Source: Moniliella sp. 'wahieum' (Eukaryota). From it: a DNA stretch of 64,000 bases. The position numbers and the translations under genes are program-made. This document shows, piece after piece, positions 15,151 through 28,500 of this stretch. How positions within the stretch are numbered: the stretch's first letter is position 1; every line of letters starts with the position of its first letter. Location: positions 124,001 through 188,000 of the forward strand of contig RSEE01000097.1 of the NCBI GenBank assembly GCA_003971905.1. The letters run 5' to 3'. The notes beneath the pieces were generated by a model. That model was given only the letters and a program-made list of their open reading frames with translations, had not been told where the DNA came from and searched no databases.

Positions 15151-16768
15151 TCTATGAAGAGCTCCAGTCGGCCGTCAAGGCTAAACACAACCTGTCGGTT
15201 AGCAAGTCCACCTCCAGCGTTGGCTTTCCAAGCAACGGAGAGTCCAAGCCCCCGGGCCTCGAGTAACAACGAGAGTCGCATACCTGCACCCAACGCCGCA
15301 CTCCTATTACTGGAGACTCGCGCATGGCTCACAGTAGTAGGGGTAACCCCTCCGCCTCTTCTCGCAACATCGGCCAGGGTCGTCCTCCTATTCTTCAACC
15401 AACTCATCGTCGCTACTGCCATCCTTGCAACCCTTTTTGAGACGCGTGGAGATCCCACAAGGCTGCTCAACCCAGATGCTGATTCCGATCATCGACGGCA
15501 CAGCGTACCTCTCCCACCAATCTACTCGGCGGCCAACACTACGACGGCTCTCCCATCGCTGGTGCCACCTGCTCTATGGAGACCTCACCCCCACCCCACT
15601 GGCAAAAAGTTCCCTCCAACCGGCGCCTCTTCACGGGACGAAGGAAGACTTCTTTCCTCCTCTCCCTCTTCATTGCCGCATCACCATCATCATCTCCCTC
15701 CGACCCGACTGCCACCCATGAACCAAATCGAAATCGAACCCACCACCAACAGTCCTGTGACGCAGCACAGTTCGAAGTTCGTCTTTCCCGGCCCGGGCCC
15801 TTCATCCTCTCACCATCCACACCTTACTCAGCACCGCTTTAGTCTTGTTCATTCGTCTACGCTGCCTGTCTTCGACCCGATCCCCCACCTGGAGCTGGGT
15901 TGTGATCAATTCAATTATATCCTAGTTGCACACCCATCCACAATCCATAGTCCAACCATCTCCCTGAGAGCTTTATTGCCAACACGTAGTACTTAGTACT
16001 CATTCCACCTCTTCACGATGGAGTATGTGACGTGTGACGTGAACGCTGAGCCTGAGCGCTCTGAGCCTGAAAGATAGACGCTGAGCCGCTGAGGTGTTCA
16101 GCGTTCAGTTCAATAACACTTGAGATCTCTGAGATCTGAGATGAGATCGTTGAGCATGCCTCAACACGTGGAGGCAAAAAGCGGGCAGGTGGACGGAGGG
16201 ATGGCTATAGTTAGTGCGTGCCACATCCGCATCTCGAACCCCAGCCTCGTCCCCACCAGGCACCCAGCCCACGCTGAGCCGCATCCGCCATCGCAACCGC
16301 GCCGTCTCTGCGTTGGGCCGATCCGGCCGGATTGGAATCTGATTGTGTTTGGTTGGCCACGAAATAGCACACAAAAGCAACGCGCCACACAAGTCGGAAC
16401 CGATGATGCCGATGATGTCGCTACATAGGAATAAGCATATGACGTGCCGCAGCCTTAACCCGATAGAGGCCGGGAACCAGTAAGGCTTGGAGCTTGACTC
16501 GAGAGCTTGAGTAGTCGTAGAGAAGTAGTAGCTGGTAAATGATGTTCACCCCACACGCCCCCCTCTCCACCGGCTCTTGCCTCTCCTCCATTTCCCCCAC
16601 CCCCAATCCTCCCCTTCTCAGCATCTTCCTCAGCATCCCCCTTCCTCAGCATCCCCCTTCCTCAGCATCTCCCCGCCCAGAGCCGATCGGTGCTACGCTT
16701 CAACCTCAACCAACCTCTAGCACACCGACCCCTCAATACCCTCTCGTCCCATCCTACATTTCCACACA

Positions 16769-18147
16769 ATGGTGGTCACCTCCCCTCCTTCACTTGGTCG
16801 GCCCATGTCGCTCATTGCCCCGCTTAGCGTTGACTCGTACCATCTCGACAGTCCGCCTTTCTTTGGCTCCGCTGTTGGCTCCAATGGGATCAAGCACCGA
16901 GACTGGTCTTCAGAGTCTTCCTCGTCCACCTCCGCATTATCCTCTAGGCCAGGCACGGGCTCCGTGGGCTCCCCGCCGGCCACGCTACCCCCCTTGGATG
17001 ATGGCCTTGACTCTACCTCTGCTGAATCGCCCTCCCAATCACCTACCTCACCCCCCACCAGCTCCGGAGGGGGCGATCATGATGTGATCCCTCTAGATCT
17101 GGACGATGCCGCTACCAACTTGGGCAGTCTACCAGCCTGTTGGGGAGGAAATAAGGAGCGACCCTTGTTATCCTCTTTCGATAACGATGTGCAAATAAGG
17201 GGAGAAGATGGGTCGGGGCCTAAGGACGAATCCATATCTACTTCCCTCCCCACCCTACCTGTCCCGTACCGATTCAGGCCCAAAGTATGGCAGAGTACCA
17301 GTTCCCTACGCATCGGTTGCCCCAGCGCATGCACGACGAAACCAAGACTCCCCTCGTGATCGTTGCTTGCGGATCCTTTTCTCCGCCCACGTACCTCCAC
17401 CTCCGCATTTTTGAGATGGCCAAAGATGCCATCCTTGAATCGGGACAGTACGAGCTGCTGGGGGGTACTACTCGCCCGTATCGGATTTGTACAAAAAGCC
17501 CGGCCTGGCACCCTCCACACATCGCGTGCGGATGTGCGAGTTGGCAGTGGAAAAGACTTCGACGTGGCTCATGGTGGACGCATGGGAATCACTGCAAGAC
17601 GAGTATCAGCGGACTTCGGTGGTGTTGGATCATTTTGACGAATGCCTTAACCAAGGCCCTCAGGGTGGCGTGGCCCTTCGCAATGGAAAGCGAAAGCCTG
17701 TGCGCATCATGCTGTTGGCGGGTGGTGACCTGATTCAGAGTATGGGCGAGCCTGGTGTCTGGGCCGAGGCGGACGTGCGTCACATTCTGGGTCGGTTCGG
17801 ATGCCTCATTGTGGAGCGAACAGGGGCCGATGTGTCGTCCTTTCTTTTGTCCCACGACCTGCTTTGGGCTGAGCGACGACACTTGCTCGTCATCAAGCAG
17901 ACTATTGTGCGTGCCCCCCCCTTCCTAGCGAGCTACAGCGCACTGCGACGGTCTTCGTGACTTGCACCCACTGACACGTTTCGGGAATGCACTCTCGACG
18001 CCAACAGTACAATGACATTTCGTCAAGGTGCGTCTGTTTATCAAAAGGAACATGAGTGTCAAGTACCTCCTTCCCAACTCGGTCATCAGCTACATCAACC
18101 AACATCGACTTTATCGCTTGCCTCAGCCACAGCCTCAATCCGAGTAG
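16769..18147 (+). CDS. NMA1: Nicotinamide/nicotinate mononucleotide adenylyltransferase; intron 17907-18007; frameshifts
   Basis: PLVIVACGSFSPPTYLHLRIFEMAKD, YKKPGLAP..HRVRMCELAV, WLMVDAWES, MLLAGGDLIQSM, NDISS.KVRLF, SVKYLLPNSV. Confidence 0.95.
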
Positions 18148-18441
18148 GGGCCCACTTGCTTGTCCCCCGTCCTCAACTGGACTAGAGGTTGGGGCGTATT
18201 ATGCGTTAAGTTAAACGTGATCGCTGTTTGCTTGTGCCTTTTCTGTATTAGGCTTTCTCCGTAACTCGCCAATCGATATCCCTTCCTGAAGGGTCCTTTT
18301 TTACTGGGCAGGATCCTTCTTCCTTATTGGCAGGGTAATGGTTGTATCTGCTTCTGCTTGCATAGCACAATAGAAGCTCAGGGCTTGCGCCCGCGTGTGC
18401 GTGTGCTTACGTAACCAACGCGCCTTTGGCATAGCAACACG

Positions 18442-21400
18442 ATGACCTCAATGCATCCGATCCACTTTAACGCCCACGCATTTTGCTTCGCCGCACACAG
18501 CCTTCCGTATTTATCCACCTCGCACCCGCCATGTCCCGCATGGGCGCGCGGGCATCGCCACTCGCCCCACGCTGCATGCACTGCCCTCGTGCTCATGGCG
18601 CCTTCTTTCCACCCACCTCTGCGCCCAAAGAGGAGCAGGAGACGGAGGAGCACATCGGCCGTTCAACCAGAAAGTGGCAAGGCACCAGTACCCTCTCTAC
18701 GTCAGACAATGGACCTGTCCTGCTGCGCTCTGGCCAGTACGCGAAGAGCGTTTCACATTTCTCCCACACTATCCGTCCCCCCCTCGGATCCATTGTACCG
18801 GAACCTTCCTGAACAAGAACACGAGCAGCACCAGGCATTGGGATCTTCCATCGGACGGAAGGCCGACCAGACCAGATCGGAGAACGGCGAATCAGGGACT
18901 TCAGAGCCCATCTCACCTGCCGACACCGTTGCACACTAACTGGTGGGACTGTTCCTGCACCGCCAGAGGACGGGACTGCCTCAACCCAGTCCCCCCGCCT
19001 CTCCCCCTTTCGAATGAGGATGCTGAACCCACAAAGCCGGGACGACGACGGGGTCGGCCACGCAAGCTAAGTGCCCTGAACCTACTTCCGTCCCGAGTTC
19101 ATATCTTGAATCGGAACTGGGTGCGAGGACGCGCACTGAGCTCGACCCGAGCCTGGCATGGGCAAAGCCGCAAAGCACGTCGATCTCGGTCGGATGCCGA
19201 GAGCATGTCGGCCCAACGGGCTAGTGCTAAGAAGGAGGCGAAACCTGATAAGGAAGAAGATGAGGAAGATATGCTGGTGATTCGGATCCCCAAACGCAAG
19301 CGCAAGACAAAGAAGTCCAAAGCCGACCAACACCAAGAAGTTGTGGTACTGGAAGATCTGCCAACGACCGCACAGGGTTCTATGGGTCCCTTGCCTCCGC
19401 TCAACCTCAAAGGACGGCCCCTTTCGCCTGAACAGGCCGAACGAGGGCATGGGCCGCATCGTTGCTGCCCAAAGAGCTGTGGGCGCTAGAGAATGCACCC
19501 AAAGAAGGATGGACGCCTCTGGTCCAGGAGTTTTTGTCCAACATGGTAGCCCATCCTGGTTGTCTCCTTTTGACCCGCGTGGGCAGTTTCTATGAAACGT
19601 ATGACACAGGCTCAGGAACTCTCTCGCTTGACTGGACTTCGGTGCGCTATGATGACGTGGCGCGGGCGCAAGGTGGAAATGGCCGGGTTTCCCTGTCTGC
19701 AGCTTCCCAAATTCGTTGACATTCTCGTTCGCTCTCATGGCCGCATCATTGCCCTGTGCGACGAGTTTATCCTTTCACCTACCCCCGAGTCCAAGCAAGA
19801 TGGAAAGGCAAGTCGGGCTCGAAGTCCAACAAAAAATCGGACTTGACCGGCCTGGCTCAGATGCGCAAGCCTCTCGCGTCTGTGAGGGAGCCTAGCCGGC
19901 TCAAGGCCGACGACACCCTGTTGCGTAGGGTGACCGAGATCATCAGCCCCGGCACATTGGTAGATGATTCGTTAGTGGATCCCTATGCCAATAACTTTCT
20001 TTTGGCCATCTCGGCTGCTCCTTCCCCCTCGTCCAACGCATCGGGCACCACTACGTCCACATATGGACTTGCCTGGCTGGACCTCGGCACGTCAACATTT
20101 TCCTCGACCATATGCCCCGATGCTGAAACGCTCCGGGACGAAGTGGCTCGGATCTCACCTAGGGAAATCGTGTTACCCGATGGCGTCTTTGGCACACCGG
20201 TACGCCCTCCTGCGCCTTCCCCTGGCCCCTTGGATGCAAATGGGTGGCCCACGTTCCCTCGCGCCGAGCAAGGGGCATACGGGCAAGAGCTACCGTACCG
20301 ACGGTTCGATCATCCCATTTGGGAAGTGGTTGGGGAGAGCAGGATCACATTTGTGTCTTCGGCCGTTGCACCGGATCCGGTACCGTCCTCGGCTACCACG
20401 GGACCCTCGGCGGAGGAAGTGGATGCGATTGGTCGGTTGAAAAGCTTTTTGAGCCGTCGCTTTCTCTATCGCCCCGATGGTATGGGACGCATTTACCGCC
20501 CCGACCAGCACCTGTCGGAGAACCAGCAAGACGTGTTTTCTTACTTGGCCGTCCCAGCTGCACAGCGCCAACATAGCGATATGCGGATTGATGCCATACG
20601 CTCGCTGCGCTCGAGGTACGTCGGGTGGGGCGGGGGCCGCAGGAACATGCCAAGTCGGCAGCGTCCAACGCCACCGACGGTTCTGCGTTTCGTCCCGGTT
20701 CGGCCCCGCTACAACCGAGCGTGATCTTGCCTGCTGGATCGGGCAACGTCGGCAGCGTCGGCAGCTTGCTCCATGCCGTTCGTCGTACCATCACGCGCGG
20801 TGGGGCTCGTTTGCTCGAGCGCTGGCTCATCGCCCCGTCTACTAACGTGGATGAGATTCAGCAGCGACACGAGACGGTCGCCTTTTTTTTGCGCCATGCG
20901 TTTCTCAGTGCCGATCTGCGCTTGCTCTTCAAGGCCAGCACAGACCGTTCCGATTCGACACGGAACGGTCCAAGTCGACCTGGGCCGGTACGGACGGCCT
21001 TGATCCGACGGACGGGGTGACACTGGACCGCACCGATGGTGGTGCGGATCCTATCCGGGCCATGATCAAGTCGCGCATGGCCAACTCGACGCCCGAGACG
21101 TTGAGCCACGTTCTTCGGTTTCTTCAGTTGGTAGAGGATATTCGGTCGGCCATCTTGCTCGCCTTCCCGCAGGCCAAGCGCCTGTTGGATGATGCGACTT
21201 ACTCTCCCATCGATCCTAACCAGTCTACCGACGTTGATTTGGCCCTTGGCCTGGTGCGCGCATTGGATCCCTTGCCGCACATTTCCTCATTGCTAGCAGA
21301 CGCGCTCGTTTCCACGTCCCAGTCCCAGGAACCTGAGGAAACTGCCGAGACGACAGCGACCCCTCCCCTGGAGGCAGAGGAGAATGGCTCGGACGCAGAG

Positions 21401-22997
21401 GAGGAGGCGGGTAACGCGAAAGATAAACTAGCTCCAGGAGCTGGTATCCCACCCATTGTGCTTCAGCTACGACCCGAGTACGTGCCTGTCTGGTAATTTC
21501 CCCTGCCACAGCACGTTGTGACTGAGTACTTAGTACTGACTGTTGACTGACCGTTCTGCTACTGCGACTGCGGCTGCGAAATGCAGGACCTTCTCGAACT
21601 TGCTGCCCTCGCCGAAGAGTACAATCAACTGCGAGCCAAGGCGATCCGAATGGAAGGTGCGTTGCGTCGGCGCCTGCCCGATTCGGATCGACGACGCTTG
21701 GCACTTCGTTCGGTCCCTGGTCGAGGCCCGATCGTATGGTTGGAACGCTTGACCCCAACGACGGTCGCCGCCCTCGGTGTGAACCAACCCACGGGTTCGA
21801 ATTCGGATGCGGGTTGGGACACGGAAGCCGAAGCGGACGTCGATGTGACCTGGTCGACCGAGCCCGTCCACTTTTCCTCGCGGAACGTGACCGGTCTGCG
21901 CTCAGGTTCCGGAACGTTTATGCCCTGGACCAACTTGGCTGCCGATCTGGCTGCGGTGCGGGATACCATTCGGTCGCCGAAGAGGACATCCTGGCTACGT
22001 TGGCCGAGCAAGTGTGGGATGAGATGCCCGTGGTGCGGGCCAACACTGAGGCGATGGACCGCTTGGATGTGTTGCTGTCATTTGCCGCGTTGGCGTCCGA
22101 ACGTGCCTTGGTCCGGCCCGAGGTGTATGCGCCGACGCCCGAGACAGGCGAGGGGACAAGACGGCGGTAGCGGAACTGGATGTGCGCGGGGTGCGCCACT
22201 TGGTGGTGGAAACGGCGCTGGAAGGTAGTGGCCGCACGTTTACTCCGAACGACGTTGTGCTCACTGGGCCAGTTCGGGCCGGGGTGATTACCGGGCCCAA
22301 CATGGGCGGCAAATCGACGGTGTTGCGAGCGGTGGCACATGCGGTCCTCTTGGCCCAGGCGGGATCGTATGTGCCCGCGACGTTTGCGCGGGTGGGGGTG
22401 GTAGATGGACTTTATGCGCGCGTGGGCGCACGCGACGCACTCTGGAACGATCAGTCAACGTTTATGCTCGAGATGCTTGAGACGGCTCACTTTCTCACCC
22501 ATGCCACCCGCCACAGCTTGGTCATCGCCGATGAGATTGGCCGTGGCACCGCCGCCGAGACTGGCGTGGCAATTGCGCATGCCACCTTGGCCCATTTGAC
22601 CCACATCATTGGCGCTCGTACCCTGTTCGCCACCCACTTTCATCCGATTGTCGCCCTGCTGGGGTACCCGGACTTATTGACCACCACCACCTCCTCCTCT
22701 TCCTCCTCCTCCTTCTCTCCTTCTGCTGATAACGAGGACAACGCGTCGTCACCGTCCGTGCCGCCGTACCCGCCTGGTTGGCCACCAACGCTCCAACTCA
22801 AGAGCCCGACCCAACAGTGACGTTCTGGTACACAGATGCCCACGCGACTTCGACCGGCGTGCTGTTTGACCATCGGCTCCGCCCGGGGGTCAACACCCAG
22901 TCGTACGGTCTTGCGGTGGCTCGCTTGGGGCGTACCCACAAAGGTGGTGCAGCAGGCAGAACAGACGCTCGAGGCACTGATGCAGCGCGTCTCGTGA
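18442..22997 (+). CDS. MSH1: Mitochondrial MutS homolog (MSH1-type); intron 21478-21586; start uncertain; multiple frameshifts
   Basis: Domain I LLLTRVGSFYE..MAGFP, domain II RRVTEIISPGTLVDD/GLAWLDLGT, domain III TRGGARLLERWL, ATPase ITGPNMGGKST, QSTFMLEMLET, IADEIGRGT, TLFATHFH, SYGLAVARL. Confidence 0.88.
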
Positions 22998-23340
22998 CTG
23001 CTCCTCCTGTGACTGCTCTCATGGTTGTACCCGTTCGTGACTGCTGGCGTCGCTCCCCTCTTGCGAGGGCTCCTCTCGTGACTGTTTCCCTCGCTCCATC
23101 CAAATGTCTTTTCCGTTCACCCGAACAAGACGAAACCCCCCTCTTTTTTCCCCTCCTGTATTCCCATTGTGTTCCTTCTGCCTCGCTCCCTCATTCCCCA
23201 CATCCCCCCTCTGCCCCCCCAAAAGCATACCCCCGTATCTAACCACACTAACTACACTTGGCATGCCAGCGCTGTCCAGTCAGAAACCAGTGAACCACTG
23301 ACAGGAGGAAGAGAACGCTATGATGGGGGCAAACGTGATC

Positions 23341-25333
23341 TTAATCATAATGTGCCAGACGGTAGACCAACACTTTACCCCTCGAGTTGCTCACTGCCAG
23401 CCCGCATCCGGTCGGATCAAAGTCGACGCTGGAGATATGGGCCAGGGGCGTGTTGGCAGTAGGCTAATTGGCAAAGACAGAGCCCGACTGGGCGTGGAGG
23501 ATGCGCAAAGCGTCCCGTTTGGGTCGGCTGGCCATCGCCATCATCTCACTTTGTGGGTGCCAGGCCAAGGCGGTGATGGCGGTGGCAAGGTTGTTGAGGG
23601 TGGTGCGGGGCTGGATGGTACGTACGGTAGCGAGTTGGCCAGCAGCCACGGCGGCCGCCTGCGCTTCAGCCGACAAGAAGCTTCCTCCTCCGTCCGACAA
23701 GCCTGCCAAGCACGCCATATCGTACAGCGACACAATCCCATTGCTCGCGCCTACCGCTATCGTCGTACCGTCCGGCGAGACCGAGAGACTATTGGGACGG
23801 AACAGGTCCGTATCCGTCGCTCGCACTGTCGATGTGAGCATCCTCGTATCCCACACGCCTACCTCGCCCGAACTCATGAGCGATAAGAGACGCGGCGCCG
23901 GACGTGACGTCCCATGCCATGCCGGCTACCGGACCAGGCGCCTGCAGCGTAGCGACCACCGACGCCGACCCGGCGCCCGACCGCCCCCAATCCAACAAAC
24001 TCATCTCGCCTTGTCGCCCGCGAATCGCAACCAAGGTATCTTTTCCGCCCCTGGCCTGCATGGACGGCGGCATGGGCCATGCGTAGGCAAGCGAGCGCGG
24101 CTCGTCGTCGGTGCGTGTACTTGCGTTGGACAAGCGCCAAGGGGTGGAGTGAACGATTTTTTGGCTGGCCAAGTCCCATGCATACAAGAACGGTCGGTCT
24201 CCCGATAAGAGCGCACTCGCATTCGTCCCGACCGTAGCCCATGCGACGGTGCGGATAGGCAAGTGGGGTACATGCGCTTGCATAACCAGTTGCCCGCCTG
24301 GGTCCCGCTGGGCGGCCGAGGCAGATGCCGAGGCCGAGCGCGCCAGCGAAGGAAGTGACCATAGCCGCACACGTCGGTCCCGCGAGCCCGTCGCAAGTAA
24401 TGGTGCCCCGCCCGTAGGAGCAGGGTAGAATTGCATGGCGTCAATCGCTGATCGTTGGGCCTCTTCCATGTTTGCCGTCACATCGCGCACACGGGTCACG
24501 ACGAGTTGGTGGGCAGGCAAGGGAGGTTGCTTGCCCCGCCCGCCCGTGCCCGGCCGAGGAGAGCAAAGGCCGGTCACTAGCCAAGAGGGCCGACAGGGAC
24601 GAGGATGCAGCTGCACCCGCACTGCCCATCTCGTCGTCGGTCGGGGGACGACGGAACATGCGCGCGGCCCATGGTGGCGCAGGCGTCGTACGCGCATGCA
24701 ACGCACGCAACCGTCTCGCGTACTCTTCCCCGTCCGCCGAGGTTTCCTCTGGGTACAGCCGCAGTTTCTTCAGACGTCCCGTCCCTGATGCGCCTCCATC
24801 TGCGGTGCGGGCTAATGGCCCGGCGAGCGGAACGGTCAGCCGCTCGTCGTCCGGATCCACCCAGGCTGGCCGACGGTCAATCTGCTCTTTCTCCTTGGCT
24901 TCCTCATCGTCGCTGGCAGGGTCAGCGTGCTCGCTTGCCTCGTATTCCGTCTCGGACTCGGGATCGGTCGTGCCCGATCGGTGGTACGCGGTCTGGCTGT
25001 CGTCATCATCATCGTCGTCGTCGTCATCGTCCTGATCGCTGCTGTCGGTGGCGCTGTGGCGGTCGGCGCCGCCGTCAAGGACAAAGAGCTGGTCGTCGGG
25101 CAGCGGGACGGGGGCCGCGTCGTGGGTGGCAACGGAGCGGGAGCGGGTGGTGAGGGAAGTGGAGCCAAAGAGGGACGCTTCGAGCGCCGCCTGGCTCGCC
25201 ACCTCCTCGGCCGTCAAGGGCTCCCGGGCGCGTTTGGGGGGGCAGGGTGGGCTGGATGGCGCTCTAACTGATTTTTTCCCACTATAATTAGAGTAGTCTG
25301 GGGGAGGAGGCTGCACCCTTTCCCCTCGCCCAT
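23341..25333 (-). CDS. UTP18: U3 snoRNA-associated WD40 protein Utp18 (5' end uncertain; frameshifts)
   Basis: LEASLFG, PAWVDPDDE, RLKKLR...EYARRLR...PPWA, LNNLATAITALAWHPQSEMMAMASR.KRDALRILH..SGSVFAN, C-terminal GKVLVYRL. Confidence 0.88.
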
Positions 25334-25597
25334 TTGCACCGAGGGCAGGGAGCACGTGCCTGGGGGTTGAACGTTCAAGTCTGGAAGCTTGATCTGAGAC
25401 GGGGCATGTGTGACAGGCGGCATCACATGTGACACATGCGGTCGCCAGCAAGCAGCGGCGCCCGGCTGGCTGCTCCACTCCAACACACACTGGGCCTGTG
25501 CGGGCGGGCGGGCGCGCGGGCGGGGCAAGGCAGCGGTGTGGGTGGTGGGCACGGGGGCAGCGCGCGGGCGGGCGGCGTGTGAGCCTTACCGCTGAGC

Positions 25598-28500
25598 ATG
25601 GGCGCGTCACACCACCCGTCTGACCATCCAGCAGCGCATCCATTCTCCTCCCCTCCTCCCGCCACGCCTGCCCGATGCCCGCGCCGCCCACGCAGGCCCC
25701 GCCGCCCACCGGCAGCAGCACACGGCAGCACCACCACCAGCAGCCCCGCCGCCAGCAGGCCGCCCACCCGCCTCGCACCCACCGCCACGCCCTTCGTGCC
25801 CGCCCCCGCCCGCCCGCCTTCCACTTCCCCCGCCGCCCCGCCCGCCGCCCCGCCCGCCGCACCCGCACCCGCGCCCCGTGCCGCCCGCCCCTCCTACACG
25901 CCCCTCAAGCTCGCCGGCCACAACTCCACCCCCAGCGTCGCCCTCGACCCCGCCGCCTTTGCCGCCTCCCTCATCGCCCGCGCCGCCCAGTCCACCTCGC
26001 CCCGCCCGGACACCCAGCCCTCGCCCCGCCTCTCGCCTCGGCCCTCGCCCCGCCCGTCGCCCCGCCGTCGCCCCGGCCCTCGCCCACATCACGCCCCAGC
26101 TCAGCGGCGTCGGCGCCCCCCCGGCCCCCGCCGGTCGCCCGTGCCCGCCACGGCGTCTCTGGCAGCACCACCCGCCCCGCCCGGCGCGGGCGGCCTGGTC
26201 CCCGTCCCAGCCAAACGCACCCCCCAATATACACCGTTCAGGCTCAGCGGACACAATTCCACCCCCAGTGTGGCCCTTGACCCACTCGCCTTTGCCGCCT
26301 CCTCGACTCTTCTCGTCCTTCCACCGCAGTCGAACCCGACCCTGCCATTGGCCCCATCTCCGAAGAAGCATCCCCTGGCGCGCCGCGCCAGCCATCTTTG
26401 CCCCCCAGCCCCATCCCTCCGCGGCTACGGAGGAACGTCTGGGCCATCGTCCCTCCCAAACCCTCGTCCCTGCTCCTACAGCCCACATCCCGCCCAAGAC
26501 CCAGCATGCCCGCACCCCCACTATGGCTCCGGGCGCAGTCCAAGTCCTCGTTCAAACCCAAACCAGGCTCGGAAACGGTACGTGGTCAGCCTGCCGCAAG
26601 ACAAGCTGCTCGGCTGCCCGCTCCCCGCCCCCGCTACGTTGGCACCCCATAGCTCCGGCGCCCCCAGTTCCAGTTCCAGTTCCGGCTCCGGCTCCGGTTC
26701 TAGCCCTGCTTCGAGTGAGAGTGAACAAGGGGGCCCTTCCTCATCGTCTGCGGACGCATCGTCCTCGGGATCCTCGGATCAATCAGCAGAAGACTTGCTG
26801 GAAGCGCACCGTGCGGCGGTGCGTGCTGCCTGGCGCCCTCGCGCCCCGTTGGACAAGGGCATTGACTTTGTTCCCGATCCGCTCTTGCTGCCCTCCCCCA
26901 CTTCGGCCGACACGGCACCTATTGCAGCGCCCATCGGACTGGTCGAGGCCGCGGCGGATGCAGTAGCAGCGGCCGAGGCAGCGCGAGCCCTGCCGCCCCA
27001 GCACCCCATGCCGCCGAAGTAACGGCCGAGGCAGAGGCTGCTGCCGAAGCCGTGGCGGCGGAAGAAGCGCACGAGGCTGCGCTGGAAGCGGGCTTGGCTC
27101 AGGGCCGTTCGTCGTTGGCCGTGTACGAGGCGCTGGTCTACCCGAGACGATCGATATTTCCTGCCGGGCCAAACAGCGTGGAACGAGTACCGTGCCGAGC
27201 GCTCGGCAGCGTTGGCGGCACAAGCTCAGTTTGCTGCGCAGGCGGCGCAGATGGCCCACATGGCGCAGCTGGGTGTCTCGCCCAATGGCATGCCGCCGCT
27301 GCCTTCGGGAGAGAATGCATTGTCTCCTATCGGGCATGCCCAGCCCTCTTCCTGCTGCGCCGCTCGCTGCCCCTCCTCCGGGCTCGGAAGGCGGCCTGGC
27401 CTCCCCCTCGTGTTCGAAGGCCCCATGAACCGTCCGCCTCCGATCGACGACGAGCCTGACCAGACTGACCAGGTGAGCATGCCTCTTCTAACTGCTACGT
27501 CGGGAACTGACCCTGTCCATCAGATGCGGCCCTCGTCGGCGCATAGCTCCAGCTTGGTGCCCAAATGGCTCGCGAGCGGCTGGTCTCGCCCAGGTCCGTC
27601 TCCCACCCCGTCCCAGGAACGCGACGCGGAGCAGCCCACGAGTGGGCCAGCAGTCCAATTGAGCGTCTCTCCTGGTGGTACACCCAACCCAACCGCCGCC
27701 CCAGGAACGCTCACTTTCCTCCAACGTCTGTCAGGTGCAGCTAAGCGGGCGAGCCTAAGCTTGACTCATTATGGCGATGCTTCCTCGGCCGGCGACCGGG
27801 ACGGCCTTCGTTCCCGCAGCCGCTCGCCCAACCCGACCGAAGAGGCATCGGAGCATAAGGGCACAACGGGCTCCATGCTGAACGCGCTCGGCTTCCGCCG
27901 CTCCCATCCGACCTCGCCCCAACCCGTCAACGAAAAGGGCGCCCGTCCGGCATGGCAAAGTCTCGGTGCCGGATTGGGTATGACATTCCCCCATTCGCTC
28001 GTCTTCAGGCTTATCGACGCAAGCGGATGCCGAGGCGGATCGATCATTGTCCAAGAACGACGAGATGGAGGAGGTGGACATGCGCACCAACCCATCCGAA
28101 GATGGTGACACGTCTTCCCTCGAAGAAGGCGAGCGTGGCAAGCTCGACTTGGACTTCCCACGGACGTGGAAACGCCTGCCATGACAGCGGTGCCTCAACC
28201 GCCCTTGGCAAGCCTCGGCCACGGACGGCCGACAACATCTCACGCCGGTCGCTCGGACCGTACCTCGTCTGCATCGAAATATGCCCCGTCGCATGATCGT
28301 GTAACCAGTGGCCTTCAACTCAACGCTTCTGCGCCCTCGTTCACCCCAGGCAGCCGGGCCCCCAGTGCCTCCTTCACCTTTGTCGCCCCGCCCACAGCAC
28401 CCAAAATGGCCTCGCCCCCACCACGCGCCCCGGTCGTTGCGGACGATGGCGAGCAAGGCAGGGAAAAACGTTTCCGGCCCACCATGCCCCCTGGCGCTGA

